Source of the DNA: Octopus sinensis
Taxonomy: Eukaryota
Assembly: GCF_006345805.1 (NCBI RefSeq)
Contig: NC_043000.1
Span: 7,316,001 to 7,380,000, forward strand
Length of the DNA stretch: 64,000 nucleotides
Reading direction: 5' to 3'
A model generated the notes under the pieces. That model was not told the DNA's origin, did not search any database, and saw only the letters and a program-made list of their open reading frames with translations. Both the position numbers and the translations under genes were made by a program. Positions 25,545 to 37,932 of this stretch are shown one piece after another. How positions within the stretch are numbered: position 1 is the stretch's first letter; each line of letters opens with the position of its first letter.

Positions 25545-26317
25545 GTTTTTCATCCTTCTGGTGTCAATTAAATAAGTACCTGTCAAGTACTGTGATAGAT
25601 GTAATCAACTCACTCCCTCCTCTAAAAGTTGCTGCCCTTGTGCCAAAATTAGAAAGAATTATTATTAATATCATCATCATCATTAAGGCGACGAGATGGC
25701 AATCATTAGCACACCAGACAAAAAGCTCAGCAGCATTTTGTCCATCTTTACGTTCTGAGTCCAAATTCCGCCAAGGTCAACTTTGCCATTCACCTTTTTG
25801 GGGTTGATAAAATAAGTATCAGTTAAGCTGACGTAATCAACTTATCTCCTCTCCTGAATTTTCTGAACTTCTGCCCAAATTTGAAAGCATTATTGTTATT
25901 ATCATTAATGTAGCAAGCTGGCAGAATCATTAGCCTGCTGGATGAAGTGCTTAACAGCGTTTCTTCCATCTATCCGTTCTGAGTTCAACTGCTGTCAGGG
26001 GACCCAACTTTACCTTTCACCCTTTCGAGGTTGATAAAATAAGTACCAGTTGAATACTGGGGTTGATGTAATCAACTAGTCCCCTTCCCCCAAATTTCAG
26101 GCCTTGTGCCTTTACAGTTCTATATTTAAAAGATGAGGAATTATGTACATTATTTATATTTGACGGATATTTGTCCTCATCTTGTTTGTTGTTAATGTTT
26201 CAGCTGATATACTCTCCGGCCTTCATCAGGTGTCTTGGGGGAAATTTCAAACCTGGGTTCTCATTCTTAAGGTATTTTTCGATGTTGTGCCTTTAGTAGA
26301 AAGGATTATTATTATTA
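25545..26317 (+). mobile_element. Tandem cluster of three SINE family E copies; the last carries a 170-bp insert
   Basis: Repeated GATAAAATAAGTACCAGTT...TTGTGCC...(ATT)n units. Confidence 0.75.
26115..26284 (-). mobile_element. 170-bp insertion with a degenerate hammerhead ribozyme core (retrozyme/Penelope pLTR-like)
   Basis: 11-bp TSD TTGTGCCTTTA (26104-26114 / 26285-26295). Minus strand reads ACAC-CTGATGA-AGGCCGGAGAGTATATCAGCT-GAAA-CATT. Confidence 0.65.
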
Positions 26318-26359
26318 TTGCTATCAGTGATACCCGGCCTTGCTCGGGATTAAAATGGT

Positions 26360-26632
26360 TTCAGTCATGTGATTGCAGCCATGCTGAAGCATTGCCATTG
26401 GTCGAAGAAATCAACCACAGGATTTATTTTTGTAAGCCTAGTACTCATTCTGTCAGTGCCTTTTACCAAACCGCTAAGTTACGGGAATGTAAACACAGCA
26501 ACATCAGTTGTCTAGCAATGGTGGGGGTACAAACACAAGACACATGCACACTCATACACATATATACAACAGTCTTCTTTCAGTTTCTGAGTACGATATC
26601 CTCTCACAAGGTTTTGGTCGGCCTGAGGCTAT
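26360..26632 (-). mobile_element. SINE family A, 3' two-thirds
   Basis: Reverse complement of family A body. Confidence 0.8.
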
Positions 26633-26651
26633 AATAAGCATGTATATATAT

Positions 26652-27516
26652 ATAGTACCTGACATACCCGGTAATTCCCAGGAAAGCAAGCTTATCCCTT
26701 GGTTCCGTTATCATAATTGTTTCGCTAATCCAGTAACAACAATACAAAGTATGTAGCCCTTAAAACGGTTTTTGTGCACTTACAGAGAATACAGAACTGT
26801 CTTACAAAGGATCTTGTTTTTTAGGAATTCCCAATAAGTTATGAATACCCAAATTGTGAAGTCAGTTATGTAATAACATGAAATTAATTACCCTATAATA
26901 AGAATTCAAATAAAGTAGCCCCGAAAAGGGCTTTAATACGTTCCCAGAGTATATAGATTTTAGGAGGAAATACTAATAAGGTATGTATACTAAAATCGTG
27001 AAACATGTTATGTAATAACAGGCTAATCAGGTATGAGATAATAACAATTCAAAGTAATTAACCGTGGAAAAAAGCTTTTGTGCATTTCCAGAGTATATTA
27101 CGCTCAGCAGCGCTAGTGTTGGTATATTTGTGAATAAGTCACTAACTGAAATAAGTGGATCTATTGTTTAGGAGAATACTATTTACTTGTTTAAGTGTTG
27201 TATTGGATAAATTGAGAATACTAAACTAGTTCAAATACTAAGAAATAAGCAAACTGAAAATGAGAGGGAATGGGTTATTTCCCATGGAAGCTTAAAGATA
27301 ATTACACCCACCGTTCACTCACGCCCAAATGTTATTCCTCCCACCGTTTACCTGAACATTTTATCGAAATCAATTTATACTTAAAACCTCCCCAGACACA
27401 TTTTCAATGAGCGTGTGAAGTTTAAGAAAAATCAGTCGAGCTGTTTTGGCGCAAAACGAGGAGATAGTGATACACACATACATGCAGGCAGACATTTTCA
27501 GTCTTAATATGTAAGA
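26652..27516 (-). mobile_element. Non-autonomous Helitron-like element with ~150-bp internal diverged tandem repeats
   Basis: Minus 5' end ATCTTACATATTAAG, AAAATCAGTCGAGCTGTTTTGG block, ATACCCGG 3' motif. Related units near 26745, 26907 and 27050. Confidence 0.6.
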
Positions 27517-28126
27517 TTATTATTAGTAGTAGTAGGAGAGGAGGAGGAGGAGGAGGCAGCCTTAGCTGTACTAGCTACTTCACTTCAACTTGCCAGTGAG
27601 AATAACAATGTGATGCTCTTTCAATCTGTCTGTTATTGCTAGTCAAACATACAATGCTGAGTTGAGAACACCTTAATCACGTTGTCTTCAGTGGCATTTA
27701 AAATTTTATTCTTCTCTCCTGTTTGTAGATCACTTACAAGAATGTCACCATCCACCAATATTTGTGTATTTTTCCAATAATTTCCATCTTCCAGTATTTG
27801 TGTATTTTCTTAATTGTGTTTAACTTGAGATATTCATTATAGCCAGGGCTGTGGAATTAAGTGACTGTGGTCCACATATCTCACAAAGCATATGCATACG
27901 CTTGTACTTTGAATAGGCCTATATGCTATAACTGGTTTCTATTAAAGAATAAAGATATTATGAGTCGGAATTGGTATAGTTTTACTGACTCTGACTTCAG
28001 CCACCCCTTAATTGTTTCTGACTCCAACTCCACAGCCCTGATTATAACACATAAAACCTGCCCCCCCCCCCAATTATTTCTGAAACTACTTTCATTAACT
28101 TCAGAATATATATATATATATATATA

Positions 28127-28513
28127 GGTGTAGGAATGGCTGTGTGGTAAGTAGCTTGCTTACCAACCACATGGTTCTGGGTTCAGTCCCTCTGCGTGGC
28201 ACCTTGGGCAAGTGTCTTCTACTAAGGCCTCGGGCTCACCAAAGCCTTGTGAGTGGATTTGGTAGACGGAAACTGAAAGAAGCCTGTCGTATATATATAT
28301 ATGTATATGTCTGTGTATCCGTGTTTGTTCCCCCAACATCGCTTGGCAACACATTGCTGGTGTGTTTACGTCCCTGTCACTTAGCGGTTTAGCAAAAGAG
28401 ACCAATAGAATAAGTACTAGGCTTACAAAGACTAAGTCCTGGGGTCGATTTGCTCGACTAAAGGCAGTGCCCCAGCATGGCCACAGTTAAATGACTGAAA
28501 CAAATAAAAGAAT
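28127..28513 (+). mobile_element. SINE family A
   Basis: Full-length homology to 43382-43760. Confidence 0.88.
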
Positions 28514-28879
28514 AAAAAATATATATATATATACACACTGTAATATGTCTGGGTGTTCTTTACTCCCCATTTTCTGAATTATTATTTTATGGTTTTCGTC
28601 AACAAAATAAATTATTAGTGGTAAAATAACTGACTCTATGGTGCATGTATGCATCCCCATTTTGATGAAGACAGTGTCTCTCTTGACTTTATTGAAGTTC
28701 TTCATTCTTGTGTTTTTGACTTATATTTTCTCCTAGAGAAATCCAAGTTTTCTAACCATTTCTTCAATTAAGCGTAAAAAGCTATTTGTGAAGGAATAGG
28801 AGAGGGTACACTATATTTCTCCATCATTTTGAGGATGTTTTTTTTAATAAAAAAAGAACAAAAAACAAAACAAACACGT

Positions 28880-29292
28880 TAGCATGGCTGTGTGGTAAGA
28901 AGTCTGCTTCCCAACCACAAGGTTCTGGGTTCAGTCCTACTGCATGGCATTTGGGCGAGTGTCTTCTACTATAGCCTCGGGTTGACCAAATCTTTGTGAG
29001 TGGATTTGGTAGATGGAATTTGAAAGAAGCACATCGTGTGTGTGTGTGTATATACATATATGTACACACACGTATGTGTGTGTCTTTGTGTCTGTCTTTG
29101 TCTCCCAACACTGCTTGACAACCAGTGTTGATGTGTTTATGTCCCTATAACTTAGCAGTTCAGCAAAAGAGACTGATGGAATTAGTGCCCAGCTTTTAAA
29201 AAATGTGTACCAGGGGTGATTTGTTCGACCAGAATTCTTCAAGGAAGTGCCCCAGCATGACCACAGTCTGAAGAATGAAGCAAGTAAAAGAA
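28880..29292 (+). mobile_element. SINE family A (diverged)
   Basis: Homology to family A. Confidence 0.85.
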
Positions 29293-30539
29293 TCAAAGAA
29301 TTTGCTGATGTCATGGTGATTGGCATCTTTTAACAACAGTAAAGAAATTTTGATCTCTATTTTGATAAAAAAAATTATTTTTTAAAGTTTGGGATAGTTG
29401 TCTTGTTATTATTTCCCTTTATTACAACGACTAACATTCTGTGACACTGAGTCTTTAAATTTGACATTCTTGTAGTTGCAGTTTTTACGTCACATATTTT
29501 TTCACCATCACCATCATCATCATCACAATGAAACAAATATTTTCTGTCTTGTGATTGAAAAATATTAAAAAAACAGTTTTTGTTAATATTTTTCTTTTTA
29601 TCATTGAGAATTTATGCATTCAGCTTAAACTACTTTAAATTTATCCTAAGAAGTAAAACATTAGTTAAACAATCATATTTGTAAAACTGGAAATCTTAAC
29701 ACATATTACTGATTTACATTTAGAGTCAGTACTAACTCCAGCAAACTAAATAATTACCTTTGACTAACTTCAGCAAGTTAATAATTGATTAGGGTTTCTC
29801 CCCCCCCCCCACCCTCACTACTGTTGTCTGAAGCCTTGTACAGTTCATGGAAGGTGTGATTCCTCCTCTTATGAAGTCACAAAGTAAAATATCTTTCTTT
29901 GACATCACCAATAAGTGATATACAACTTTCTGATCTCTCTCTCTCTCTCTCTCTCATACATGAACATTTCTTTTTTAACAGTATGATAGTACTAAAATTT
30001 TTGGTATTAGGAGTAAATAGCTTTCTGCCTTCTAATTAGCAACATATGACTATCTACTCCCATGTCCTTGTACTCCTTTCATCAGACTTTTGAAATCATC
30101 AGTTTTATTGTCATCAGTTTTATTGCCAGTATGACTTTGAAATATTGCAATAACTTGGTTCCTTTTCATTTATATGTAGATAAACAAGATCTGAACAGGA
30201 AAGAAAACTATTAAGATTTTGTCATATTTACTTCTTGAAAATCTAGAGGTGGAGATAATGTTAATAAATTAAGAATTTTTGTTGTATGGTATTTAACATA
30301 TCTGTATGTGTCTTTGTTGTTCAAATACATGCCACTAGCTACTTAGAGTTATTTTTATCAGCTCATTTTTATTTACAAATTACCTCAGCCATAATTGATT
30401 TCTACTGTTTTGTATTTGACTAAGTCTTTTAGCTACTGGAGATAAGGTTGGATAATTGTTGTGCTGATGAAAGCTATTGAACTAGAAGCACATGTCCACA
30501 ACTGTCCTCTTATTTCCAAACAATAAGCGTGTCCTTTTC

Positions 30540-30765
30540 CTCAACCCTTCAATATTCAAACTGGCCATATAGGCCCAAATATTCTACCTGTATTTTGTTC
30601 AAACTGTCTTAGATCAGGGTTCCTACACCTACCCTACAATGTCATTTTAAAAATAAACAATTACATCATTGAAATCTCAAACTTACAAGATAATACATGA
30701 TTAATTCATTACAATGTGAATAAGTGTTACATTTGACAAGAGTGATCTGAATGCTAATGGGTTAA
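30540..30765. mobile_element. TTAA-type MITE copy
   Basis: Same body; ends TGAATGCTAATGGGTTAA. Confidence 0.7.
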
Positions 30766-30929
30766 TGGTATGTCAGTTTTGGAGAATTTTTCAGACCTGA
30801 GATTATCTCCCCTTCTCAAGTGGAACTGGTCCTAATTGCTATTTGATAATTATGATATGTCATCTAGAGGTGGAAATAATTTTAATAAATCAAGAATTTT
30901 TATTGTATGGCATTTAAAACATTGTGCAA

Positions 30930-31467
30930 ATCAAAATCGAAATCGATCAACATCAATGGAAATTGTAGCTGTGATACCAGTGCTGGTGGCACGTAAGAGA
31001 ACTATCCGAACGTGGCCGTTGCCAGTGCTGCCCTGACTGGCCTCCATGCCGGTGGCAGGTAAAAAGCACCATCCAGTTGTGGACGTTGCCAGCCTCATCT
31101 GGCCCCCATGTCGGTGGCACGTAAAAAGCACCATCCGTTCGTGGCCGTTGCCAGCCCCGACTGGCCTCCGTACCGGTGGCAGGTAAAAAGCACCATCCAG
31201 TTGTGGACGTTGCCAGCCTTGTCTGGCCCCCATGTCGGTGGCACGTAAAAAGCACCATCCAATCGTGGCCGTTTGCCAGCCTCGTCTGGCACCTGTGCAG
31301 GTGGCACGTAAAAAGCACCCACTACACTCACGGAGTGGTTGGCGTTAGGAAGGGCATCCAGCCGTAGAAACACTGGGCCTGGTGCAGCCTTCTGGCTTCC
31401 CAGACCCCAGTTGAACCGCCCAACCCATGCTAGCATGGAGAACGGATGTTAAACGATGATGATGATG
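30930..31467 (+). mobile_element. RTE 3' UTR fragment with about 6 tandem ~59-bp modules and (GAT)n tail
   Basis: Homology to 16430-16813; repeated GGTGGCACGTAAAAAGCACCATCC. Confidence 0.9.
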
Positions 31468-32123
31468 TGCAAATACAAACTGCTGGTCACTTGCAGTTAT
31501 TTCTCTTAGCTCATTTTTGTCAAAATTATTCAAATCACTTAGTTTGTGTTACTATCCCAGATCTTGTAAAGAATGTTTTTGATTTTCATCTTGTTTCTTG
31601 ATAATTCATTACATTTGTGAACTTTTCTGTTGGTTTGATTGGATTAAGGTTTACTTGCAAATGCTTGATGGCTGATCATAAATCCCTGCCCTACCTATAT
31701 ACTAGTGTAAGTGATTACACTTTACACAGTAATGACACTTATTCTGATAGTAGCATAGAATTCTAATTTAAAATAATTCCGTAGCTAGCTGACAATTTCT
31801 AGTGAAAGCAGGTTAAAAGCAATAAAAAGTCATATGATCTATCCTAAATAATCAACTTGAAACACATTTCTGTTGTTGAGTCTACTGACTTACCAACAGT
31901 TCTGTGATCAAAGACTTTGAAGCCATGACCATCCTCATAAAATCTATGATACTATATCAGGCATAATAACTTAATAGAAATTTACATTGCAAATAACCTA
32001 AGTTATATGTCAATTACTCTCTTTGTTTGTATGCTAAATATCTATTTTAAGTAATTGGTTAATTTTTTTTTAAGTATCAGATTAGCTTATCTTAGCAGAT
32101 AATGAATGCATCATTTTAATGTA

Positions 32124-32502
32124 TCTCTTCTCTCTCTATATAAACGGCAGTTTGTCTGTGCGTGTTTCTGTGTGTCTGTTTGCTTGTACCCTCACCCTGA
32201 CCACAGCTTTCAACCGATTCTGATGAAACTTGACACACACATAGCCCAATGTCATAATTCAAAACTAACGCAGCGAAAATTTTGAAAAGTCCCCCCAGTT
32301 CTGAAAAAAGTCGATAAATTCGACATGGGGTCGAGAATCAGGAACACAAACCACAAACTGTGTAGGGGACGCAACTCCACCTTTTTTAACTATCAAAAAA
32401 AATTTACCATCATTTTTTTGCTATTTTTTGGCTATAACTCTCTAAAAATGCTTTATAGTTATTTCCCTTACAAACCTGAGCAACGCCGGGCGATACTGCT
32501 AG
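32124..32502 (+). mobile_element. Non-autonomous Helitron
   Basis: A|TC 5' end, (CTGT)-like microsatellite, 3' GC-rich hairpin-like CCTGAGCAACGCCGGG, CTAG|T end, no TSD. Confidence 0.8.
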
Positions 32503-32545
32503 TAGTCTATATTAGTCTTAGAATTTTTTTTTATTCTGTAAATAG

Positions 32546-32716
32546 TGCGCAGGAGTGGCTGTGTGGTAAGTAGCTTGTTTACCAGCCACATGGTTCCGGG
32601 TTCAGTCCCAATGCGTGGCACCTTGGGCAAGTGTCTTCTACTATAACCTCGGGCCGACCAAAGCCTTGTGAGTGGATTTGGTAGACGGAAACTGAAAGAA
32701 GCCCGTCGTATATATG

Positions 32717-32783
<67 letters not shown>

Positions 32784-33460
32784 GTATATATTGTATATAT
32801 ATATATGTATATATATGTATATATATATATGTATATATGTATATATTATATGTATATATATATATATGTATGTATGTATGTGCGTGTATCTGTGTTTGTC
32901 GCCCCAACATCGCTTGACAACCGATGGTGGTGTGTTTACGTCCCCATAAGCAGTTCTGCAAAAGACACCGATAGAATAAGAACTAGGCTTACAAAGAATA
33001 AGTCCTGGGGTCGATTTGCTTGACAAAAGGCAGTGCTCTGGCATGGCTGCAGTCAAATGGAAGCACTCCGTCGGTTACAACGACGAGGGTTCCGGTTGAT
33101 CCGAATCAACGGAACAGCCTGCTCGTGAAATTAACGTGTAAGTGGCTGAGCACTCCACAGACACGTGTACTCTTAACGTAGTTCTCGGGGATATTCAGCG
33201 TGACACAGAGAGTGATAAGGCCGGCCCTTTTGAAATACAGGTACAACAGAAACAAGAAGTAAGAGTGAGAGAAAGTTGTGGTGAAAGAGTACAGCAGGGA
33301 TCACCACCATCCCCTGCCAGAGCCTCGTGGAGCTTTAGGTGTTTTCGCTCAATAAACACTCACAACGCCCGGTCTGTGAATTGAAACCGCGATCTTACGA
33401 CCGCGAGTCCGCTGCCCTAACCACTGGGCCATTGCGCCTCCATGCAGTCAAATGACTGAA
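32546..33460 (+). mobile_element. SINE family A with expanded (TA)n and a nested SINE
   Basis: Family A sequence interrupted at 33060-33442. Confidence 0.88.
33060..33442 (-). mobile_element. tRNA-derived SINE family B, young insertion
   Basis: Minus head TGGCCCAGTGGTTAGGG...GGTTTCAATTC. 12-bp TSD TGCAGTCAAATG (33048-33059 / 33443-33454). Confidence 0.88.
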
Positions 33461-33678
33461 AAGAGGAGGACGTAATACATTCCAAGTAGGACATTTGATG
33501 TGAACAGAAATGTTAAGAAAACAACTATTCGACAATTGCATTACCACATACATACATAAGAAACAGGAGCCTTTACAGAGTCAATAAATCTGCTTCAAAA
33601 GAAGTAGCAACCAAATATTCCTCAAACCACACCCTGCCATTTTAGAAGACATACTAGATAATGGAGTTCAAGTTACAC

Positions 33679-34041
33679 TCTTTTACTTGTTTCAGTCATT
33701 TGACTGCGGCCATGCTGGAGCACCGCCTTTAATCGAGCAACTCGACCCCGGGACTTATTCTTTGTAAGCCCAGTACTTATTCTATCGGTCCCTTTTGCCG
33801 AACTGCTGAGTGACGGGGATATAAACACATCATTGGTTGTCAAGCAATGCTAGGGGGGACAAACATACATGCACGCACACATACATATACATATATATGG
33901 TGGGCTTCTTTCAGTTTCTGTTTACCGAATCCACTCACAAGGCTTTGGTCGGCCTGAGGCTATAGTAGAAGACACTTGCCTAAGGTGCCACGCAGTGGAA
34001 CTGAACCCAGAACCATGTGGTTGGTAAGCAAGCTACTTACC
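33679..34041 (-). mobile_element. SINE family A
   Basis: Reverse complement of family A. Confidence 0.88.
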
Positions 34042-34847
34042 ACACAGCCACTCTTGCACCTACATTCAGATACTTCTGTTAAAATAAATGCTTATTTATT
34101 CATATTGTTTTGAATTAATCATGAATTATCTTGTAGCTTGAAGTGTTTGATGTTGTAGTTTATAGTAGGCGTGAGGGGTCAGATTTATCCAGTTTGGACA
34201 TGAGGGAGGTAGAATATTTGGGCTGGATATGACCAGTTTAAATGCTAAAGGGCTATGGCAGTGCTCTACAGAGGGGTGTCCTTCCTGTTACTAACCTATA
34301 CCCATATTTCAAGTAAGGGAGTTTTTATCCCATATGTCTTTGAAAGAGCAGAATAAGCAGATAATTTGTTGACAAAGACTGACAGTAAGCTTCAGCATTT
34401 GTAGCTTAGTGCTTTCTCATGTGAAGCAGGGAAATGTAAACAATCACGCATGTGCACATGCTTACATAACATCTATGATGGGTTTTATAAGCTTCCCATT
34501 GCCTCCAGGATTACAGAAGAAAATACTTCCTCAAGCTGCTGCCAGTAAGACTGAACCCCAAATCTCGTGGATGAGAAGCAAACTTCTTAACCACATAGCC
34601 AAGCTTGCATCTGTATATTTCATAACCTGTTGTTTGTCATATTGAATTATACTATTTCACAGGTTTTGAATGTAACAAAAGTAGTCTTTGAAAGTATTCT
34701 GTACTTAGAATTTTTTTTTACCCAAGAATACTCTATATTTGCTTAATCCTTTAACATTCAGATTATTCTGTCAAATACAATGCTTATTCATTCACATTAT
34801 TTTGAATTAATCATTCATTATCTCAAAGCTTCAAGATTACAAGGATG

Positions 34848-37380
34848 TCATCATCATCATCATCATTTAATGCCTGCTTTCTATGCTGGCATGGGTTTGA
34901 CGGTTTGACTGGGGACTGGTGAACCAGATGGCTGCACCAGGCTCCAATCTGATCCGGCGGAGTTTCTACAGCTTGATGCCCTTCCTAACACCAACCACTC
35001 CATGAGTGTAGTGGGTGCTTTTACGTTCCACCAGCACGATAGCCAGTCAGAGGGTACTGGCAATAGCCACGCTTAAAAGGTTTTTTTTTATGTGCCACGT
35101 GCACGGGAGCCAGTCCAGCGGCACTGACAACAACCATGCTCGAATGTTGTTTTTCATGTACCACCAGCACATGTGCCAGTAAGGTGACACTGGCAAAGAT
35201 CATGCTCAAATGGTGCTTTTTATGTGCCACCAGCATGGGAGTCAGCGGCCCTGGCAACAGTCACGCTCGAATGGTGCTTTTAATGTTCCACTGGCATAAG
35301 TGCCAATCAGGCGGTACTGTCATCGGCCATGTCAGCTATTTTGATTTTGATTTCATTTGCCTGAACAGGTCTTCGCAAGCAAAGTTCATTAAATAAAGGG
35401 TACTCATAAGTGGGCTGGTTATACACCACTGGCATAGGTCATGGGTTATGGTCTCACTTGGCTTGTTGGGTCATCTCAAGCACAGCATATCTCCAAAGGT
35501 CTTGGTCACTAATCATTGCCTCGGTGAGGCCCAGTGTTCGAAGGTTGTGCTTCACCACCTCATCCCAGGTCTTCCTGGGTCTACCTCTTCCACAGGTTCC
35601 CATAACTGCTAGAGTGTGACACTTTTTCACACAGCTGTCCTCATCCATTTACGACACATGACCATACCATCACAGTCGTCCCTCTTGCACACCATATCTG
35701 TTGCTTCTCAAGTCCAACTTTTCTCTCAAGGTACTTACACTCTGTCAAGTACACACACTTACATTACACATCCAGCAGAGCATGCTGGCCTTCTTTCCTT
35801 GCAAGCTTACGCATCTCCTTAGCAGTCATGGCCCATGTTTCACTGCCATGTAGCATGGCTGTTCGTACACATGCGTCATACAACCTATCTTTTACTCTGA
35901 GCAAGAGCCCCTTTGTCACCAGCAGAGGTAGGAACTTTCTGAACTTTGCCCAGGCTATTCTTATTCTAGCAGCTACACTTTCAGAGCATCCACTCCCACT
36001 ACTGACTTGGCCACATAGGTAGCGGAAGATATCAACTACTTGTAGTTTTTCTCCCTGGAATGTGACAGAAGCTGTTCTCTGCACATTTTCAGTGTTTATT
36101 GCTCCTGAACATTTGCCATATATAAAAACTATCTTCCCAGTTAGCCTTCCTTTGATATTACTGCAACCTCTTATGTGTCCATAGCTTACATCTTATGGAG
36201 TTTCTACCTATGCCTTTTCTGCAGATCAAGCAGGGCCATCTACCTGTGGTTTGTCTGCCTTTCTACTTATTAAGACTTTGGCTTTAGCTAGATTGACTCT
36301 AAGGCCCTTCGATTCTAATCCTTGCTTCCACACCCGAAACTTTTCCTCTAGTTCTGATAGTGTCTCAGCAATTAGAGCATGGTCATCAGCATAGAAGAGC
36401 TCCAGGGGCATCCTGTCTTGAATTCCTCTGTTATTGCTGGAGGACAATGATGAATAAGAGGGGGCTGAGGGCTGATCCTTCTTCACTGTACTCATTGCCA
36501 ACCCCCACCTTACTGACAATATCCCTGTACATGGCTTGCACAGCTCTCACTAACCATTCATCTATCCCTAGTTTCCACATTGACCACCGGATAAGGGATT
36601 GTGGGGGACCCTGTCAAAGGCTTTCTCCATGTCAATGAAAGCCAGGTACAGATGTTTATCTTTGGCTAGGTATTTCTCTTGCAGCTCTCTTATCAGAAAT
36701 ATAGCATCAGTAGTGCTTTACCCTGGCATGAACCCAAACTACATCTCATCTAGACTGACTCCCTCTCTAATTAGTTGGGCTATGACCCTCTTCGTGACCT
36801 TTATTACCTGATCCAACAACTTGATAGCTCTGTAATTATTTATATCTAAAGCGTCATCTTTACCTTTGTAGTAGTTGACTATGGTGCTGCTACACCAGTC
36901 ATTTGGTATGACTCCTTCATGTATCACCTGGGTGACTAGGCTATAGCTGACACCGCCAGATATTTTGAGCATCTCTGCAGTGATTCCTGATAGGCCAGGG
37001 CCTTTCCCTGTCTTCATACCCTTAATTGCTTTATCTACCAAGGTACTGTCCATTTGGATAGCTAGTCCCTTTGTTGGGTTAGCATTCGGCAGTCTCTTTT
37101 TCTCCCATTCATTCTCTTTATTGAGCAACCTTTCATAGTGGCATCTCCAAACCTCTCTCTTTGCAGCTTCGTTTAATGCAAGCAAACCATCATCCATGCA
37201 GACACATTTCTCTCCTATGACATCACGATTCTCTCTCACACACTGTCTTGCAACACAAAATACTTCAAGTCTTTGGTTCTCACGGTACAGAACATTGGCA
37301 AATTTTTTCTTATCTGCTTCCCCTCTGGCTAAATAAACCTGTTTCCTAGCTTCCCTTCTAGCATTCTGATATAATTCCCT
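34848..37380 (-). mobile_element. Decayed 5'-truncated RTE LINE of the same family, inserted in a TTAA-type MITE
   Basis: Minus-strand ORF fragments match the 14339-16204 protein (RENRDVIGEKCV..., YADDH, VKKCHTLAV). (CAT)n tail at 34848. The MITE halves flank it. Confidence 0.93.
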
Positions 37381-37807
37381 GATTGTTTATTTTTAGAATA
37401 ACATAGTAGGGTAGGTGTGAGAGGCCAGATCTGGCCAGTTTGATCATACAATAAATAGAATATTTGGGCTGGATATGGTTGGCTTAACTACTAAAGAATT
37501 AAAGAGAGAGTGTTCTTTTATACATTGTGTCATGTAAATTTACATTCCATTATTGAAGAGAATCTGTGTAATAAACATTTCTATTGCAGATAAAATTTTG
37601 GTTACTCTTTCCTGTTAACTAGTTAATGTTTTGTTGTTGTTTTTTTGTTGTTGTTTTAGTGTTAATTTGATTTATCTGAATTCTTTGTATCATTTAAATT
37701 TATTTTCCATATTGGCCTTACCAAAATTCATCTTATACTTATATTTGTGGTTTCTGTTGTTATTGCTATTAATGTTTTTTTTTTTATCCTTTCTTTATCT
37801 TTTGTAG

Positions 37808-37932
37808 ATGGCTTCCGAAAAGTGATTAATTTAGAGCAAGGCTCTCTCAAGACAGAGAAGGATAATTTACAGTTTCAACATAATTATTTTGTGAAAGGCA
37901 AAGAGAACTTGCTGGAATTAATTAAAAGAAAA
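37808..37932 (+). CDS. HSF: Heat shock factor exon: C-terminal part of the HSF DNA-binding domain
   Basis: Polypyrimidine tract plus tttgtag acceptor, gtaagt donor. Encodes (Y)[41 protein letters not shown], matching the HSF motif YGFRKV...FQH..F..G...LL..IKRK. Phase 1 start, phase 0 end. Confidence 0.95.

Noticed and set aside
28127-28200. tRNA genes at A/B-box-like heads
   Set aside because: They are SINE heads followed by the shared SINE body; no convincing cloverleaf.
30960-31320. CRISPR-like regularly spaced repeats (also 57250-57800)
   Set aside because: The spacers are homologous to each other, the array is part of an RTE 3' UTR, the DNA is eukaryotic and there are no cas genes.
32499-33056. 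Ile/Tyr-rich ORFs
   Set aside because: (TA)n microsatellite inside a SINE.
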